64,000 nt of DNA from an uncultured Chroococcidiopsis sp. (GCA_964248365.1 CAXTYC010000001.1:128001-192000), one strand, 5' to 3'. Positions 1 through 10,227 are shown, numbered from the stretch's first letter. Numbers and translations: made by a program. The notes: generated by a model from the sequence alone, not told the origin.

Positions 1-1
1 A

Positions 2-667
2 GATTTCTTTAATTCTCCACCTATACCAGAACTTTTCCACAAATTATCACCACAAAACCAAGAATATAGCAAGTATCTCCAAGCTTTAGGCAACAAAATT
101 ACAATTCTGACTCAGGATGAACAGGAAGGGTATGGTCATGCTGTATTCTGTACTAAAGAATGGGTAAAAAATGAGCCTTTTCTACTAATGCTGGGAGATC
201 ACGTTTACTCATCTGACACTGCTCATTCTTGTGCCACTCAAGTTTTAGATATTTACAAACAAGTTAATCAAAGTGTTGTTAGCTTAACTACAATGCCAGC
301 CGAAATTATTCAGAAAGCAGGCTGTGTTACAGGTAATTGGCAACAGCAATCGATTCTTTCGGTAACGCAACTTGAAGAAAAGCCTACTATTGACTATGCA
401 CGTCAGCATCTGCGTGTAGAGGGAATGGCAGACGATCAATTTTTATGTATATTTGGTTTATATGTCCTCACGCCGAAAATTTTTGACTTTTTGGAAGAAA
501 ATATCAGAAATAACATTCGAGAAAGAGGCGAATTTCAATTAACATCCGCTCTCGATAAATTGTGCCAAGCAGAGGGAATGACAGGATATATTGTGAAAGG
601 AAAGTGTTTTGATATAGGAATGCCCGATGTTTATCGGCAGACGATGATTGATTTTAGGAATCCATAG
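2..667 (+). CDS. Sugar-phosphate nucleotidyltransferase (UTP--glucose-1-phosphate uridylyltransferase/GalU-like), 5'-truncated by window edge
   Basis: Frame is open from position 2 (DFFNSPP...QEGYGHAVF...EPFLLMLGDH...LEEKP...GEFQLT...FDIG), which are NTP_transferase motifs. Confidence 0.85.
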   Translation, partial: DFFNSPPIPELFHKLSPQNQEYSKYLQALGNKITILTQDEQEGYGHAVFCTKEWVKNEPFLLMLGDHVYSSDTAHSCATQVLDIYKQVNQSVVSLTTMPAEIIQKAGCVTGNWQQQSILSVTQLEEKPTIDYARQHLRVEGMADDQFLCIFGLYVLTPKIFDFLEENIRNNIRERGEFQLTSALDKLCQAEGMTGYIVKGKCFDIGMPDVYRQTMIDFRNP

Positions 668-679
668 TATGCGATCGCT

Positions 680-1137
680 TTAAGGCATATTAATGATTTT
701 CTCCCACCACAGAAGTGGTGGCGACATTTTATATGACTTTAATAAATATAGAAGCTCTACACTAGGGCGTGAAGTAAAGTAAAAGCCTTTTTCTTCCCAC
801 GAAGGAGTTTTAGTATACCCATTTCATCAGCAACCTGAACAGCTTCGTGATAAGTTAAACCATAAGTAACTGTTTTACTTGGGTCGTTGAGATACCAAAC
901 ATAAGCAATAATCAAATTTGGAAATTTTGCATATTTTTTGTGAATACCAAACGATTTATCTGAGGCTGCTTTCATTTGAATGGGACGAGCAATAAATGAA
1001 TTCACGTGCGTATCTAAGTCAGCAAAAGCAATTAAATCAATACCCCTATCACGCAGAGGTAATGCTACTTCCAAATTGGCTTGCAGCAATTCGTTAACAA
1101 GCCAATTTCTACCTCTTAGTTCAACTATCTATGACAT
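680..1137 (-). pseudogene. Degraded PD-(D/E)XK nuclease-fold protein
   Basis: DRGIDLIA...PIQMK motif. ATG at 1137 is followed by TAG at codon 3. A 1-nt frameshift near 818 restores a plausible C-terminus (GYTKTPSWEEKGFYFTSRPS...INMP*). Confidence 0.55.
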
Positions 1138-1145
1138 AAGCAATT

Positions 1146-1170
1146 GTAGGGTGGACATTGCCCACCTTAC
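1146..1170. repeat. REP-like palindrome (GTAGGGTGGACATTGCCCACC) just downstream of purH
   Basis: GTAG-initiated hairpin; related inverted copy at 3005-3025. Confidence 0.7.
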
Positions 1171-1171
1171 T

Positions 1172-2713
1172 TTAATGCAAAAAGTGACGTACACCCGTAA
1201 ACGCCATCACTAACCCCAATTCATTCGCCGCCGCAATCGAATCTTTATCCCTTAAACTTCCGCCAGGTTGCACAATAGCTGTAATTCCCGCTGCTGCTGC
1301 TGTCTTTACAGAGTCATCGAAGGGGAAAAAACCATCACTAGCAAGAAATCCACCTTTGGCTTTCTCCCCAGCTTGTTCTAAAGCTATTTTGACCGATCCT
1401 ACGCGGTTCATTTGTCCTGCACCCACGCCGACAGTAGTGCGATCGCTTGTGACTACAATTGCATTAGACTTAACGTGCTTGCAGACTTTCCATGCAAACA
1501 ACAATTCTGCCAATTCCGAAGCATTAGGTTGACGTTGGGTAACAACTTGCCATTGATGAGTGTCAGCTACTATATCATCAGCTGCTTGTACGAGGAAACC
1601 CCCAGCAATTACCTTTATTGTTTCCTTTGCACCAGTTCGCAAATCTGGTAAGATCAAAACGCGCACCTTCGACTTAGCCGCCAAAATTTCTTGTGCTTGT
1701 GCATCACACCCTGGCGCTACCACACATTCTAAAAATGTCTGTGTTAAAGCCGTTGCTGTGGGTGCGTCTATAGGACGGTTTAGGGCAACAATACCACCAA
1801 AAGCTGACACCGAATCAGCATTGAAAGCCTTTTCGTAAGCTTGTGATATAGTGTCTCCCAATGCTGTACCACAGGGATTTGTATGCTTGATAATTGTTGC
1901 AGCTGGAGTATCTGTAAATTCAGCTATTATCCGCCGTGCTGCTTCCAAATCAACTAAATTATTATAACTGAGTTCTTTACCCTGGAGTTTAGTAGCAGCC
2001 GCCCAACCAGTTGGGGTACTTCCAGTTTGATACCAAGCTGCACTTTGATGCGGGTTTTCACCATAACGCAGAGATTGCAACTGTTCCCCAGAAAGCGTGA
2101 ACTGTTGGGGTAAAGCAGATTCTTTCTCCCTAGCCCCTAAATAAGTAGCGATCGCCCCATCATACTCAGATGTATGCAAAAATGCGATCGTCGCACACTC
2201 TTGACGAAACTCTAACGACACTTCCCCCTGATGTTGTCGCAACTGGTGCAAGTAATCTGCATACATAGAGGGTTGACATAAAACCGTCAGATGAGCGAAA
2301 TTCTTAGCAGATGCCCGTAGCATTGCTGGACCACCGATATCGATTTGCTCAATAGCCTCTGCTAATGTGACTGAGTCTTTAGCAATCGTTTCCTCGAACG
2401 GGTAAAGATTCACCACCACTAAATCAATCGGGCGGATGTTGTTAGCTTCCAAATCTGCTAAATCTTGCGGTACATCTCGCCGTGCTAGAATTCCGCCATG
2501 AATGCGAGGATGCAGTGTTTTAACTCTACCACCTAAGATTTCAGGAGAACCAGTATAATCAGCAACCTTAGTAACTGGTAAACCAGCCTCTTTGAGAGCT
2601 TTGGCTGTGCCACCACTGCTGATGATATCAAACCCAAATTCTTCTACAAGACTACGGGCAAAATCAATTAGTCCTGTTTTATCGGATACACTCAGCAGTG
2701 CCAAACGTGCCAT
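1172..2713 (-). CDS. purH: Bifunctional AICAR transformylase/IMP cyclohydrolase
   Basis: ALLSVSDKTG, GGRVKTLHP, IDIGGP, LRYGENPHQ, ASDGFFPF, TGVRHFLH motifs. Confidence 0.98.
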   Translation of the reverse strand: MARLALLSVSDKTGLIDFARSLVEEFGFDIISSGGTAKALKEAGLPVTKVADYTGSPEILGGRVKTLHPRIHGGILARRDVPQDLADLEANNIRPIDLVVVNLYPFEETIAKDSVTLAEAIEQIDIGGPAMLRASAKNFAHLTVLCQPSMYADYLHQLRQHQGEVSLEFRQECATIAFLHTSEYDGAIATYLGAREKESALPQQFTLSGEQLQSLRYGENPHQSAAWYQTGSTPTGWAAATKLQGKELSYNNLVDLEAARRIIAEFTDTPAATIIKHTNPCGTALGDTISQAYEKAFNADSVSAFGGIVALNRPIDAPTATALTQTFLECVVAPGCDAQAQEILAAKSKVRVLILPDLRTGAKETIKVIAGGFLVQAADDIVADTHQWQVVTQRQPNASELAELLFAWKVCKHVKSNAIVVTSDRTTVGVGAGQMNRVGSVKIALEQAGEKAKGGFLASDGFFPFDDSVKTAAAAGITAIVQPGGSLRDKDSIAAANELGLVMAFTGVRHFLH

Positions 2714-2942
2714 AGTTCCCAGTCCCCTGTTGTCTATAAAATTATTCAGGACAGAACCTTATTTTATAAACTACCTCGCGGTGTGCTGCAACCGCGTGAA
2801 AGAAAGAATTAGCGCGCATTATTACTCGACAAGCTTCATTAGCTAACACAGATTAGTACAATCTCCACATCTTACATCTCCAAATTGTTGAAACTTCTGT
2901 GTGCCTTGCCTCTTGCCCTGGGCAAGCATCTTGCCTGCCAAT

Positions 2943-3050
2943 GTATAGCAATCCGCGCATCATTGGTGAACAGTATGCCACCCATGCCCACCATGAGCAG
3001 ATTTGGTGGGCAATGCCCACCCTACTATGAATTTCACTGTGATACCAATC
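2943..3050. repeat. REP/MITE-like element (TATAGCAATCC...CCACCCATGCCCACC hairpin)
   Basis: Core is near-identical to the reverse complement of 4703-4747; same family at 40824-40910. Confidence 0.7.
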
Positions 3051-3200
3051 CTGTGTCAAATAAATTGACAAAGGTGAGCATTTGCTTGAAATGGGCAACC
3101 ACTTGAATAGTTTCAAAAGATCGCAAAATTTGCTATTCCTATTGGCACACAATTGATTTAACAATACTCTCGACTGCAAATACAAATTCAGGAGAAGTAA

Positions 3201-4400
3201 ATGGCGATTGACGTTAGCCTCACCCAAGAACAAACACAGTTACAGCAAACAGCGCGTGACTTTGCGCTAGGCGAGATTCAGCCCCTTGTCAAGAAACTCG
3301 ACGAGTCTGATAGTCCCGATCTCTTTCCTTGGGAATTGTGTAAAGATGTGTTTTATCAGGGAGCAAAACTCGGATTTACGTCGTTGTTGCTACCACAAGA
3401 TCTGGGTGGTGGGGGTAAAAAATGTATAGACTTTGCCATAGTTCAGGAAGAACTTGGTGCTGTCGATGTTAGTATCGCCTGTAACTACTTCAGTCTGCCT
3501 ACCGTTATGCCGCTTCTGATTGCTAGGGCTGGAAGTAGCGAACAGCGCGCGAGGCTTTTATCGGATGTCAATTTTGGGAAACCACTTCTGTTTAGTGCTG
3601 CTGAGAGTGAGCCGAACGTAGCTTCCTCAGATTTGTTCTGTCCAAAGCCTGATTCTCAAATCGGGATGAAGACTCTTGCAGTGCGCGATGGTGATACATA
3701 CATCCTCAATGGTAAAAAGTCGGCATTGGTGACAAATGCTGGGATTGCAGATGCCTACTTTGTTATCGCACGTACATCTTTAGAGCAGCCGATGCAAGAT
3801 AGTATGTCAATTTTCTATATTGAAGCAGATACACCTGGTTTAACATTTGGCAAGCGAACCGAGATGATTGGCTGGAAAGCCTCTCATAATGCCGCAATTC
3901 ATCTTGACAACGTGCGAGTGAGAGCGGACAATCTGATCGGGCAAGAGGGGCAAGCAGCAGCTTTGTTAATGTTATTGCCTGAAGTAGCGATTGGACTTGC
4001 AGCATCTTACGTAGGTTTGGCTCGCGCGGCATACGAGTATGCCTTGAGCTATGCTAAAGTGCGCTTCAGCTGGGGTCGTCCCTTAATTGAACATCAAGCC
4101 GTTGCGTTAAAGCTAGCTGACATGATGGTGAATACGCAAGCAGCACGATTGATGGTGTGGGATGCAGCCTGTGCCGCCGACAGTTCTCCTCAACTTGCTG
4201 CGACAATTAAAGCACCAGCAGCTAAAACCTTTGCCGTTGATGTAGCAATCAAGAACGCGCAAACAGCAGTCGAGATTCTTGGTGGTATTGGAGTTACCAA
4301 GGAGTGCGAAGCAGGTAAGTTTCTTGCCGACGCTTGGATCGGATATTCGTGCGACTTTACACGAGATATCTTGCGGCTTGGTCTTGTCAATTTTATGTAG
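3201..4400 (+). CDS. Acyl-CoA dehydrogenase family protein
   Basis: SEPNVASSD, YILNGKK, R-FSWGRPLIEHQAV-KLADM, AVEILGGIG motifs. Confidence 0.92.
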   Translation: MAIDVSLTQEQTQLQQTARDFALGEIQPLVKKLDESDSPDLFPWELCKDVFYQGAKLGFTSLLLPQDLGGGGKKCIDFAIVQEELGAVDVSIACNYFSLPTVMPLLIARAGSSEQRARLLSDVNFGKPLLFSAAESEPNVASSDLFCPKPDSQIGMKTLAVRDGDTYILNGKKSALVTNAGIADAYFVIARTSLEQPMQDSMSIFYIEADTPGLTFGKRTEMIGWKASHNAAIHLDNVRVRADNLIGQEGQAAALLMLLPEVAIGLAASYVGLARAAYEYALSYAKVRFSWGRPLIEHQAVALKLADMMVNTQAARLMVWDAACAADSSPQLAATIKAPAAKTFAVDVAIKNAQTAVEILGGIGVTKECEAGKFLADAWIGYSCDFTRDILRLGLVNFM

Positions 4401-4671
4401 CTTTGCGGTTGGGTTGTTTGTTGAATGCTTTACCGCAAAAAAATTGTTTAGCAAAACAAAGCAAGGCTATGGGTGTATCGCTCATCTATTAATCTAATTA
4501 TCCCCGCGATCGCCTTGCCAAACAACTACCCCAGTTTCATATCTTGTCAGGGTTGCCTTAATCTCGTATCTCTAACTATGAGTAGCCCAATGCAGTACGA
4601 ACACTATTTCACCAGACGGCGTTCAATAGTATTGGATAATAACTTTGAGAGTATGTACAAAAATTTCTGTA

Positions 4672-4765
4672 TATAGCAATCCTAAAACATTCGTGAACAC
4701 CGCCCATGCCCACCAAATCTTATCATGGTGGGCATGGGTGGCATACTAGAAATTTCACTGCTATA
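4672..4765. repeat. REP/MITE-like element bounded by TATAGCA...TGCTATA
   Basis: Terminal inverted heptamer plus internal CCCATGCCCACC/GGTGGGCATGGG palindrome. Confidence 0.7.
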
Positions 4766-4897
4766 AATAATCATTTTCATACTTTTTTCACAATATACTT
4801 GCCTATTTTTACGTGTTCTTCATCCAAAATATCATTTCACTAGTTAAGCTATGGATATATACGGACAATAACTATATTTAGCTATATCACTCAACAA

Positions 4898-4935
4898 ATG
4901 AAACGCTTCTAAAGTAACTTTTAGAGGCGTTTCAT
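4898..4935. terminator. Strong hairpin (ATGAAACGCTTCTAAA...TTTAGAGGCGTTTCAT), terminator-like
   Basis: 16-bp near-perfect inverted repeat in AT-rich intergenic DNA. Confidence 0.5.
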
Positions 4936-5187
4936 CATAAAATAACTTCAACTAAATAATAAGAAGATAACCTGAGTAAATACGTAGATAAGTTAAAACA
5001 ATTAGCGGGGCTAAATATATAGGAAATACGTGAGTATTTGCTAACTCTTCATGCAGTTTTTCATGCTCTCTAAACCTTATATGCAATTACAAAAGCCAAT
5101 ATAAAAGAATTACTCTACTCCTTGCAGCACTACGGGTGCTTCCTAGAGTAGCAGTAAGGATAAACTCTGCTCGAAGGTTACTAGAAC

Positions 5188-6231
5188 GTGGATTTCATCA
5201 ATCAAGCTAAAAAGTTAGCAGATACAGTTAGAGACATTCAACAAGCGGCAACTAATGCAGGTAATAGTATTGATGAGGCAATAAATGGAGTGAAAAATAC
5301 TGCTGCTGAAATTACTGCTTCAGGCGTAGCTAAGGTTAATGAACTCAATAAGCTATCAACTACGGCGACACAGCAAGGTTTTGAAGCTATTCAAAATGCT
5401 AGTAAAGCCTTCGATGATGTAAAAGCCACTGCTGCTGGATTTGCTACTTCTGGGATGATCATTGGCGATGTGCTGAAAGATCTACCAAAAACAGCAGAGC
5501 AGTTAGCGAAAGAGATGCCAAAGATTGCCTACAGACTCAAACATGGCGCTGGGATTCGAGTAGGAGACCCACCTCGCTCCAATGCAGATATCATGAAGCT
5601 ATTCGAGAAAATTCCAGGCACATCGAAGCTGGGAGCTAGTGAGACAAACATCCGCCAGTTCTTGGCAGACAAGCATGGTAGCCACGTTATTCCTCGCTCC
5701 CAGGGAGGAACTAATGCCGCTAACAACATTCTTTGGGAGGTAGGCACTGATAACTTGCGTCGCGGGGCTAAAGCCATAACTGATGGAGAACAAGTTTACA
5801 TCCGAGTTTATAACGCCGTTGATTCTATCGTGAAGAACTCTACCACGATTGCCCAGCTTGGGGTGGTAGCTACTGGTACAGCCATCCTCACGCAAGCAGT
5901 TGTAATGGCAATTTCGTACTCTCTCGATCTCTACCGAGGAGACATTACGGTAGAGAAATATAGAGACTTAATTCTTGAAGAAGTAGTGAAAACGGGGATC
6001 GCGTCTCCCATCTTCTTTCTTATCTTTATAGCCGTCTTAGCGCTGTTTCCAGAGCTAACTATCATACTATCTGCTCCAGCAGTTATTGCAGGTTTTAATG
6101 CTTTATTTGGTATTAGCATCGCTCTACCAATTGTTCAATCAGTTATTCGCCACATTCAAGCTGGAGGCTTTGGTGAAGAAGTTGCTGAGGATTATGAAAA
6201 TTTAATCAGCGGTACACGAGATTTGCTATAA
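5188..6231 (+). CDS. Hypothetical protein: helical N-terminus, central HNH-like motif, C-terminal hydrophobic helices
   Basis: 347-aa ORF. SHVIPRSQGGTNAANNILWEVGTDNLRRG resembles the HNH core; 2-3 hydrophobic segments follow. Confidence 0.75.
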   Translation: MDFINQAKKLADTVRDIQQAATNAGNSIDEAINGVKNTAAEITASGVAKVNELNKLSTTATQQGFEAIQNASKAFDDVKATAAGFATSGMIIGDVLKDLPKTAEQLAKEMPKIAYRLKHGAGIRVGDPPRSNADIMKLFEKIPGTSKLGASETNIRQFLADKHGSHVIPRSQGGTNAANNILWEVGTDNLRRGAKAITDGEQVYIRVYNAVDSIVKNSTTIAQLGVVATGTAILTQAVVMAISYSLDLYRGDITVEKYRDLILEEVVKTGIASPIFFLIFIAVLALFPELTIILSAPAVIAGFNALFGISIALPIVQSVIRHIQAGGFGEEVAEDYENLISGTRDLL

Positions 6232-6280
6232 AATTCTCTGAATCAAATCGTCGGCTTTACTGAAATTTGTACTAGCCAAA

Positions 6281-6424
6281 ACCCACCTTGAAATTAATTT
6301 CAAGGCTAATAGTGTAAGTCTACTAAAGTAGACTCAAAGCCGATTGCAGTCGGATTTATCCGAAGAAAGCTATTAACCTGTGAATTGATTCACAGGCTGT
6401 TGTTGTAATAGGTGCAAGATCTCA
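6281..6424. mobile_element. Multi-hairpin MITE-like element (partial), ends GGTGCAAGATCTCA
   Basis: Four internal palindromes; reverse-complement homolog of 33321-33494. Confidence 0.65.
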
Positions 6425-6653
6425 AAATAGGATGAATGTACCACTGCCAAAAACGCAGCCCTCGATGAGGCGCACTACACGACTACTCAGGCTACAATCG
6501 ATGCTCTGGATTATATAGATGGGATATTAGCGGGTTTGGGCAGGATGCACAGGCTTATATTATACCATATATCACTAGTTTTTGCAAAATCTCCCCTTCG
6601 CCGAAGCATCGCCAGTTTTGGCAACACAACCCAAACCCATGCTGTACCTCGCC

Positions 6654-8642
6654 CTATTTTTGCAACACAACCAAATATCGTCCTAGGGCAGTTAGTGGGA
6701 AGTGTTGCCTATAGAGATGGTAATTCAAATAGAAATGACAGGGAAAGCCAGTTCCGGTGAATTCTGGCTCATCCCAACTACCATCTGGCTGCTGCGTTTT
6801 CAAGAGGTAGTCAATACCTCTCTCAATTGGCTCTATAGCAAATTTGTTTGTTGCTTCCCCTGCTGCCATTAGCCCAATCAGTGACCAGGCAGTTTGAGAT
6901 GGTGTACTCTTTCCTTGTCCTTTCAAGGTTGAGTTATAGTAACTCTGGCAGGTTTCACCCCAACCCCCGTCTGGATTTTGGCAGCTGACTAACCATGCTG
7001 CACCCCGTTCAATATTAGTGCGATAAGTCTGCGGCGCGATCGCGCTAAGAGCTGCCAAAACACCACTTGTACCATAGATGTAGTTCACACCCCAACGTCC
7101 AAACCAGCAGCCTTCTGGTTCTTGTTCGTGTTGGAGATAGTTAAGCGCTCGTTCTTGTGCCTGAGCATTGATAGATACATCAGGGTACAGGGATGCCCAG
7201 TCATAATTTTGGCTATTTGGCTGAATGCTTCCTGTTTGGTATTGACTACTTTTTCCTAGCCTGCCAAACATCTCTAACACTCGCGCCGTTACATCTGCTG
7301 TGTTGGGGTCAATCATGGCTTTGAGATCGCCGTAGGGAAGCCAGTTGAGCCACTCCTGGTTGTTGTCTAGGTCAAAGGCAGCCCATCCTCCCTGGCTGCA
7401 CTGCATAGAGGATATCCAGGCAACGGCACGGGCGATCGCCTGTTGCTTGTGCTTTTCATTGGGCAGTTTCACCCCATGAAGTGCCATGACGACAACAGCA
7501 GTATCATCTACATCGGGATAGAAACGGTTATCGAACTCAAACGCCCAAGCTCCTGGTTTACCTTTGCGGTTTTTGACTGCCCAATCGCCATAGTCCAGTA
7601 TCTGCTTTTGTAGCAACCACTCGCCAGCTTGCACTAGAACAGGATGATTGGGAGCTAGTCCAGAATCGACCAGCGATCGCATTACTAAGGCTGTATCCCA
7701 AACCGGAGAAACACACGGCTGTACTCGATAGGTATCTTCAGTTTCAATCGCAAAGTTATCGATTGCCTGTAACCCTTTTTGCACAATCGGATCAAATGTA
7801 TCGTATCCCAGGCTACGCAAGGCTAACATCGAGTTCAGCATCGCTGGAATAATGCCGCCCCAATCACCTGTAGCTTCCTGTCGCTCTAGAATCCATCGTT
7901 CTGCTGCTTTGATACCTTCTTCTCGAAAAGGAACTAAGTTCAAGTTTTCCGCCAGCTTAAAAGCATCATCCAGGGTGATAAATAAATCTGTCCAATCGCC
8001 AGAGCGGGGAAACTCATACTTTACTTGGTCAATGTCTTCGACATAAAGTTCATTCAGGGTGATGGTGGGGTTAGTCTGATAGACAGGCTTGCGATCGAAA
8101 ACAATCAGCAGTGGCACAGTGCTGCCCCTTGCCCAACTTGACATTTCGTAGATATTGAAGGGGAATTCGTTAGGCAGGAGCATCACCCAGGCAGGAATTG
8201 AAGGGATACCGCGCCAACTGTAGCAGCCAATCAAAGCTAGGTGAAACTTGGTAAAAACGCGGGTTTTGCTAATGCCGCCTCGTGACAGGATAAATGCCTT
8301 CGCCCGTAGCATGGCAGGATCTGAGGCAGGTACACCCAATAGCCGGAGAGCCATGTAAGCTTCAACCGAAGTGCTGAGTTCTCCCCCATCATCATAAAAC
8401 AGTTCCCAACCGCCATGCGATCGCTGTTGGGAACGCAAGTAAGCCTCGACTTTGTGCAGCGAACGAGTTTGGTCAGTACCCCAAATTTTATGCAACAGCA
8501 CCACCTCGGCGGTGATGGTAACGTTTGATTCCAGTTCTGCCCACCAATAGCCCTGTGGATTCTGGAGCGAGATCAGGTAGTTTTGACTACGGGCGATCGC
8601 CGCCTTTACATCCGATACCGTCACCTTGTCTTGCGTTTGCAT
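6654..8642 (-). CDS. shc: Squalene-hopene cyclase
   Basis: YPDVDDTA catalytic motif, QW repeats, WFGRWGVNYIYGT, FTGTGFP. Confidence 0.97.
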   Translation of the reverse strand: MQTQDKVTVSDVKAAIARSQNYLISLQNPQGYWWAELESNVTITAEVVLLHKIWGTDQTRSLHKVEAYLRSQQRSHGGWELFYDDGGELSTSVEAYMALRLLGVPASDPAMLRAKAFILSRGGISKTRVFTKFHLALIGCYSWRGIPSIPAWVMLLPNEFPFNIYEMSSWARGSTVPLLIVFDRKPVYQTNPTITLNELYVEDIDQVKYEFPRSGDWTDLFITLDDAFKLAENLNLVPFREEGIKAAERWILERQEATGDWGGIIPAMLNSMLALRSLGYDTFDPIVQKGLQAIDNFAIETEDTYRVQPCVSPVWDTALVMRSLVDSGLAPNHPVLVQAGEWLLQKQILDYGDWAVKNRKGKPGAWAFEFDNRFYPDVDDTAVVVMALHGVKLPNEKHKQQAIARAVAWISSMQCSQGGWAAFDLDNNQEWLNWLPYGDLKAMIDPNTADVTARVLEMFGRLGKSSQYQTGSIQPNSQNYDWASLYPDVSINAQAQERALNYLQHEQEPEGCWFGRWGVNYIYGTSGVLAALSAIAPQTYRTNIERGAAWLVSCQNPDGGWGETCQSYYNSTLKGQGKSTPSQTAWSLIGLMAAGEATNKFAIEPIERGIDYLLKTQQPDGSWDEPEFTGTGFPCHFYLNYHLYRQHFPLTALGRYLVVLQK

Positions 8643-8757
8643 ATTTACCCATCCTCACTATCAATATCTACCCTGAATGCCACTGAGGAAAATCCTTGTT
8701 TTATTCAATCGCAGACATTGTATTGTGCTTCGTAACACCCAGAATTTGCAAGAGGTT

Positions 8758-10080
8758 ATGAGTGAAATTGGTTTAGGGTTAACAGTCCTATCTTTAGTCA
8801 TTTGGATAGGCTTGCTTTGCTTTCGCGGTCAGTTCTGGAGAGCAGACGGGCAATTGGAAGCAGAAGGCACAAGGCAGCAAGATGAAAGTGAGGCGCTTCT
8901 ACCTGCAATTTGTGCAGTGATTCCTGCTCGTAACGAAGCAGAGTTATTGCCCAGGACGTTGCGATCGCTCCTCACTCAAGACTATCCCAGCTCTTTCACC
9001 GTCATTCTAGTAGACGATCGCAGCACCGACGGTACAACCCAGGTTGCTCAAACAACTGCCCTGTCATTAGGCAAACTCCAGCAGTTGCACGTTATCTATG
9101 CTAAACCTTTGCCTCCTGGTTGGACGGGTAAAGTCTGGGCAATGGAGCAGGGAATACAAACAGCCCAAACCTTGTCCCCTGACTACATCTTGCTCAGTGA
9201 TGCTGATATTGAACACGACCGAGCCAACCTGCGCCGACTGGCTGCCAAAGCTGCGGCTGAAGATTTAGATCTGGTTTCAGTAATGGTGCGACTGCGGTGC
9301 GAGAGCTTTTGGGAAAAATTGCTGATTCCAGCGTTTGTCTTTTTCTTTCAAAAGCTCTACCCTTTCCGCTGGGTGAATAATCCAACAAATACAACTGCCG
9401 CTGCTGCTGGAGGTTGCATTCTCATCCGTCGAGCAGCACTAGACCGAATTGGTGGGATGCAGGCGGTGCGAATGGCATTAATTGATGACTGTACCTTGGC
9501 TGGTGTGGTTAAGTCTAGTAGTAGGGGAGCTGAGGGAGCTGAGGGAGCTGGGGCAGCCCTGGAAGCTGAGGGAGATGCTTTAATCCAAAAGCCAAAATCT
9601 AAAATCCAAAATTCCCTAGCCCCTAGTCTCCAGCCCCTAGCCCCTCAAGAGTCGCCCCTCACCCCACATGGCAAAATTTGGCTTGGACTTAGTGACTTGA
9701 CTCGCAGCTTGCGTCCTTATTCGTCGCTCAAAAGTATTTGGGATATGGTGGCTCGGACTGCCTTTACCCAACTCAATTATTCCCCTCTACTGCTTGTGGG
9801 AACTCTGGTAGGAATGACGCTGATTTATATGGTTCCACCTGTGGCGGCTGTTCTGGGTTTAGTGGTGGGAAAAGAGGCGATCGCACTGGTAGGTTTGATT
9901 GCTTGGCTGCTGATGACGTTGGCTTACTTGCCCACAATTCGCTTCTACAATTGCTCTTTCTGGTTTGCCTTTTGCTTGCCTGCGATCGCCTTTCTCTATA
10001 CCTTAATGACCCTTGATTCAGCTATCCGCCACTGGCAAGGTCGCGGCGGAGCCTGGAAGGGACGAGTTTATCAAGGATAA
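8758..10080 (+). CDS. hpnB: Hopene-associated glycosyltransferase (GT2)
   Basis: IPARNEA, DDRSTDGT, PPGWTGK, DAD, AAAGGC, LIDDC, WKGR; divergent from shc; start placed at ATG 8758. Confidence 0.88.
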   Translation: MSEIGLGLTVLSLVIWIGLLCFRGQFWRADGQLEAEGTRQQDESEALLPAICAVIPARNEAELLPRTLRSLLTQDYPSSFTVILVDDRSTDGTTQVAQTTALSLGKLQQLHVIYAKPLPPGWTGKVWAMEQGIQTAQTLSPDYILLSDADIEHDRANLRRLAAKAAAEDLDLVSVMVRLRCESFWEKLLIPAFVFFFQKLYPFRWVNNPTNTTAAAAGGCILIRRAALDRIGGMQAVRMALIDDCTLAGVVKSSSRGAEGAEGAGAALEAEGDALIQKPKSKIQNSLAPSLQPLAPQESPLTPHGKIWLGLSDLTRSLRPYSSLKSIWDMVARTAFTQLNYSPLLLVGTLVGMTLIYMVPPVAAVLGLVVGKEAIALVGLIAWLLMTLAYLPTIRFYNCSFWFAFCLPAIAFLYTLMTLDSAIRHWQGRGGAWKGRVYQG

Positions 10081-10093
10081 AGTAAGAAAAAAG

Positions 10094-10220
10094 GATGAAG
10101 GATGAAGTATCAAGGATGAAGTGTGAAGTATCAAGGATGTATTGGTAACTGGTAAAGAGTAACTGATAACTGATAACTGATAACGGGTAACTGGTAACTG
10201 ATTTCCCTTTTCCCTTTTCG
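10094..10220. repeat. Short tandem heptamer repeats (GGATGAA / TAACTGA / CCCTTTT)
   Basis: Visible tandem 7-mers between convergent genes. Confidence 0.85.
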
Positions 10221-10227
10221 GTCAGAA

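Noticed and set aside
2853..3233. 126-aa minus-strand ORF and overlapping 73-aa plus-strand ORF
   Set aside because: They run through REP-like repeats; no protein-like features
4490..4620. Possible gene remnant on the minus strand (SGEIVFVLHWATHS*RYEIKATLTRYETGVVVWQGDRGDN*)
   Set aside because: Too short and interrupted to assign
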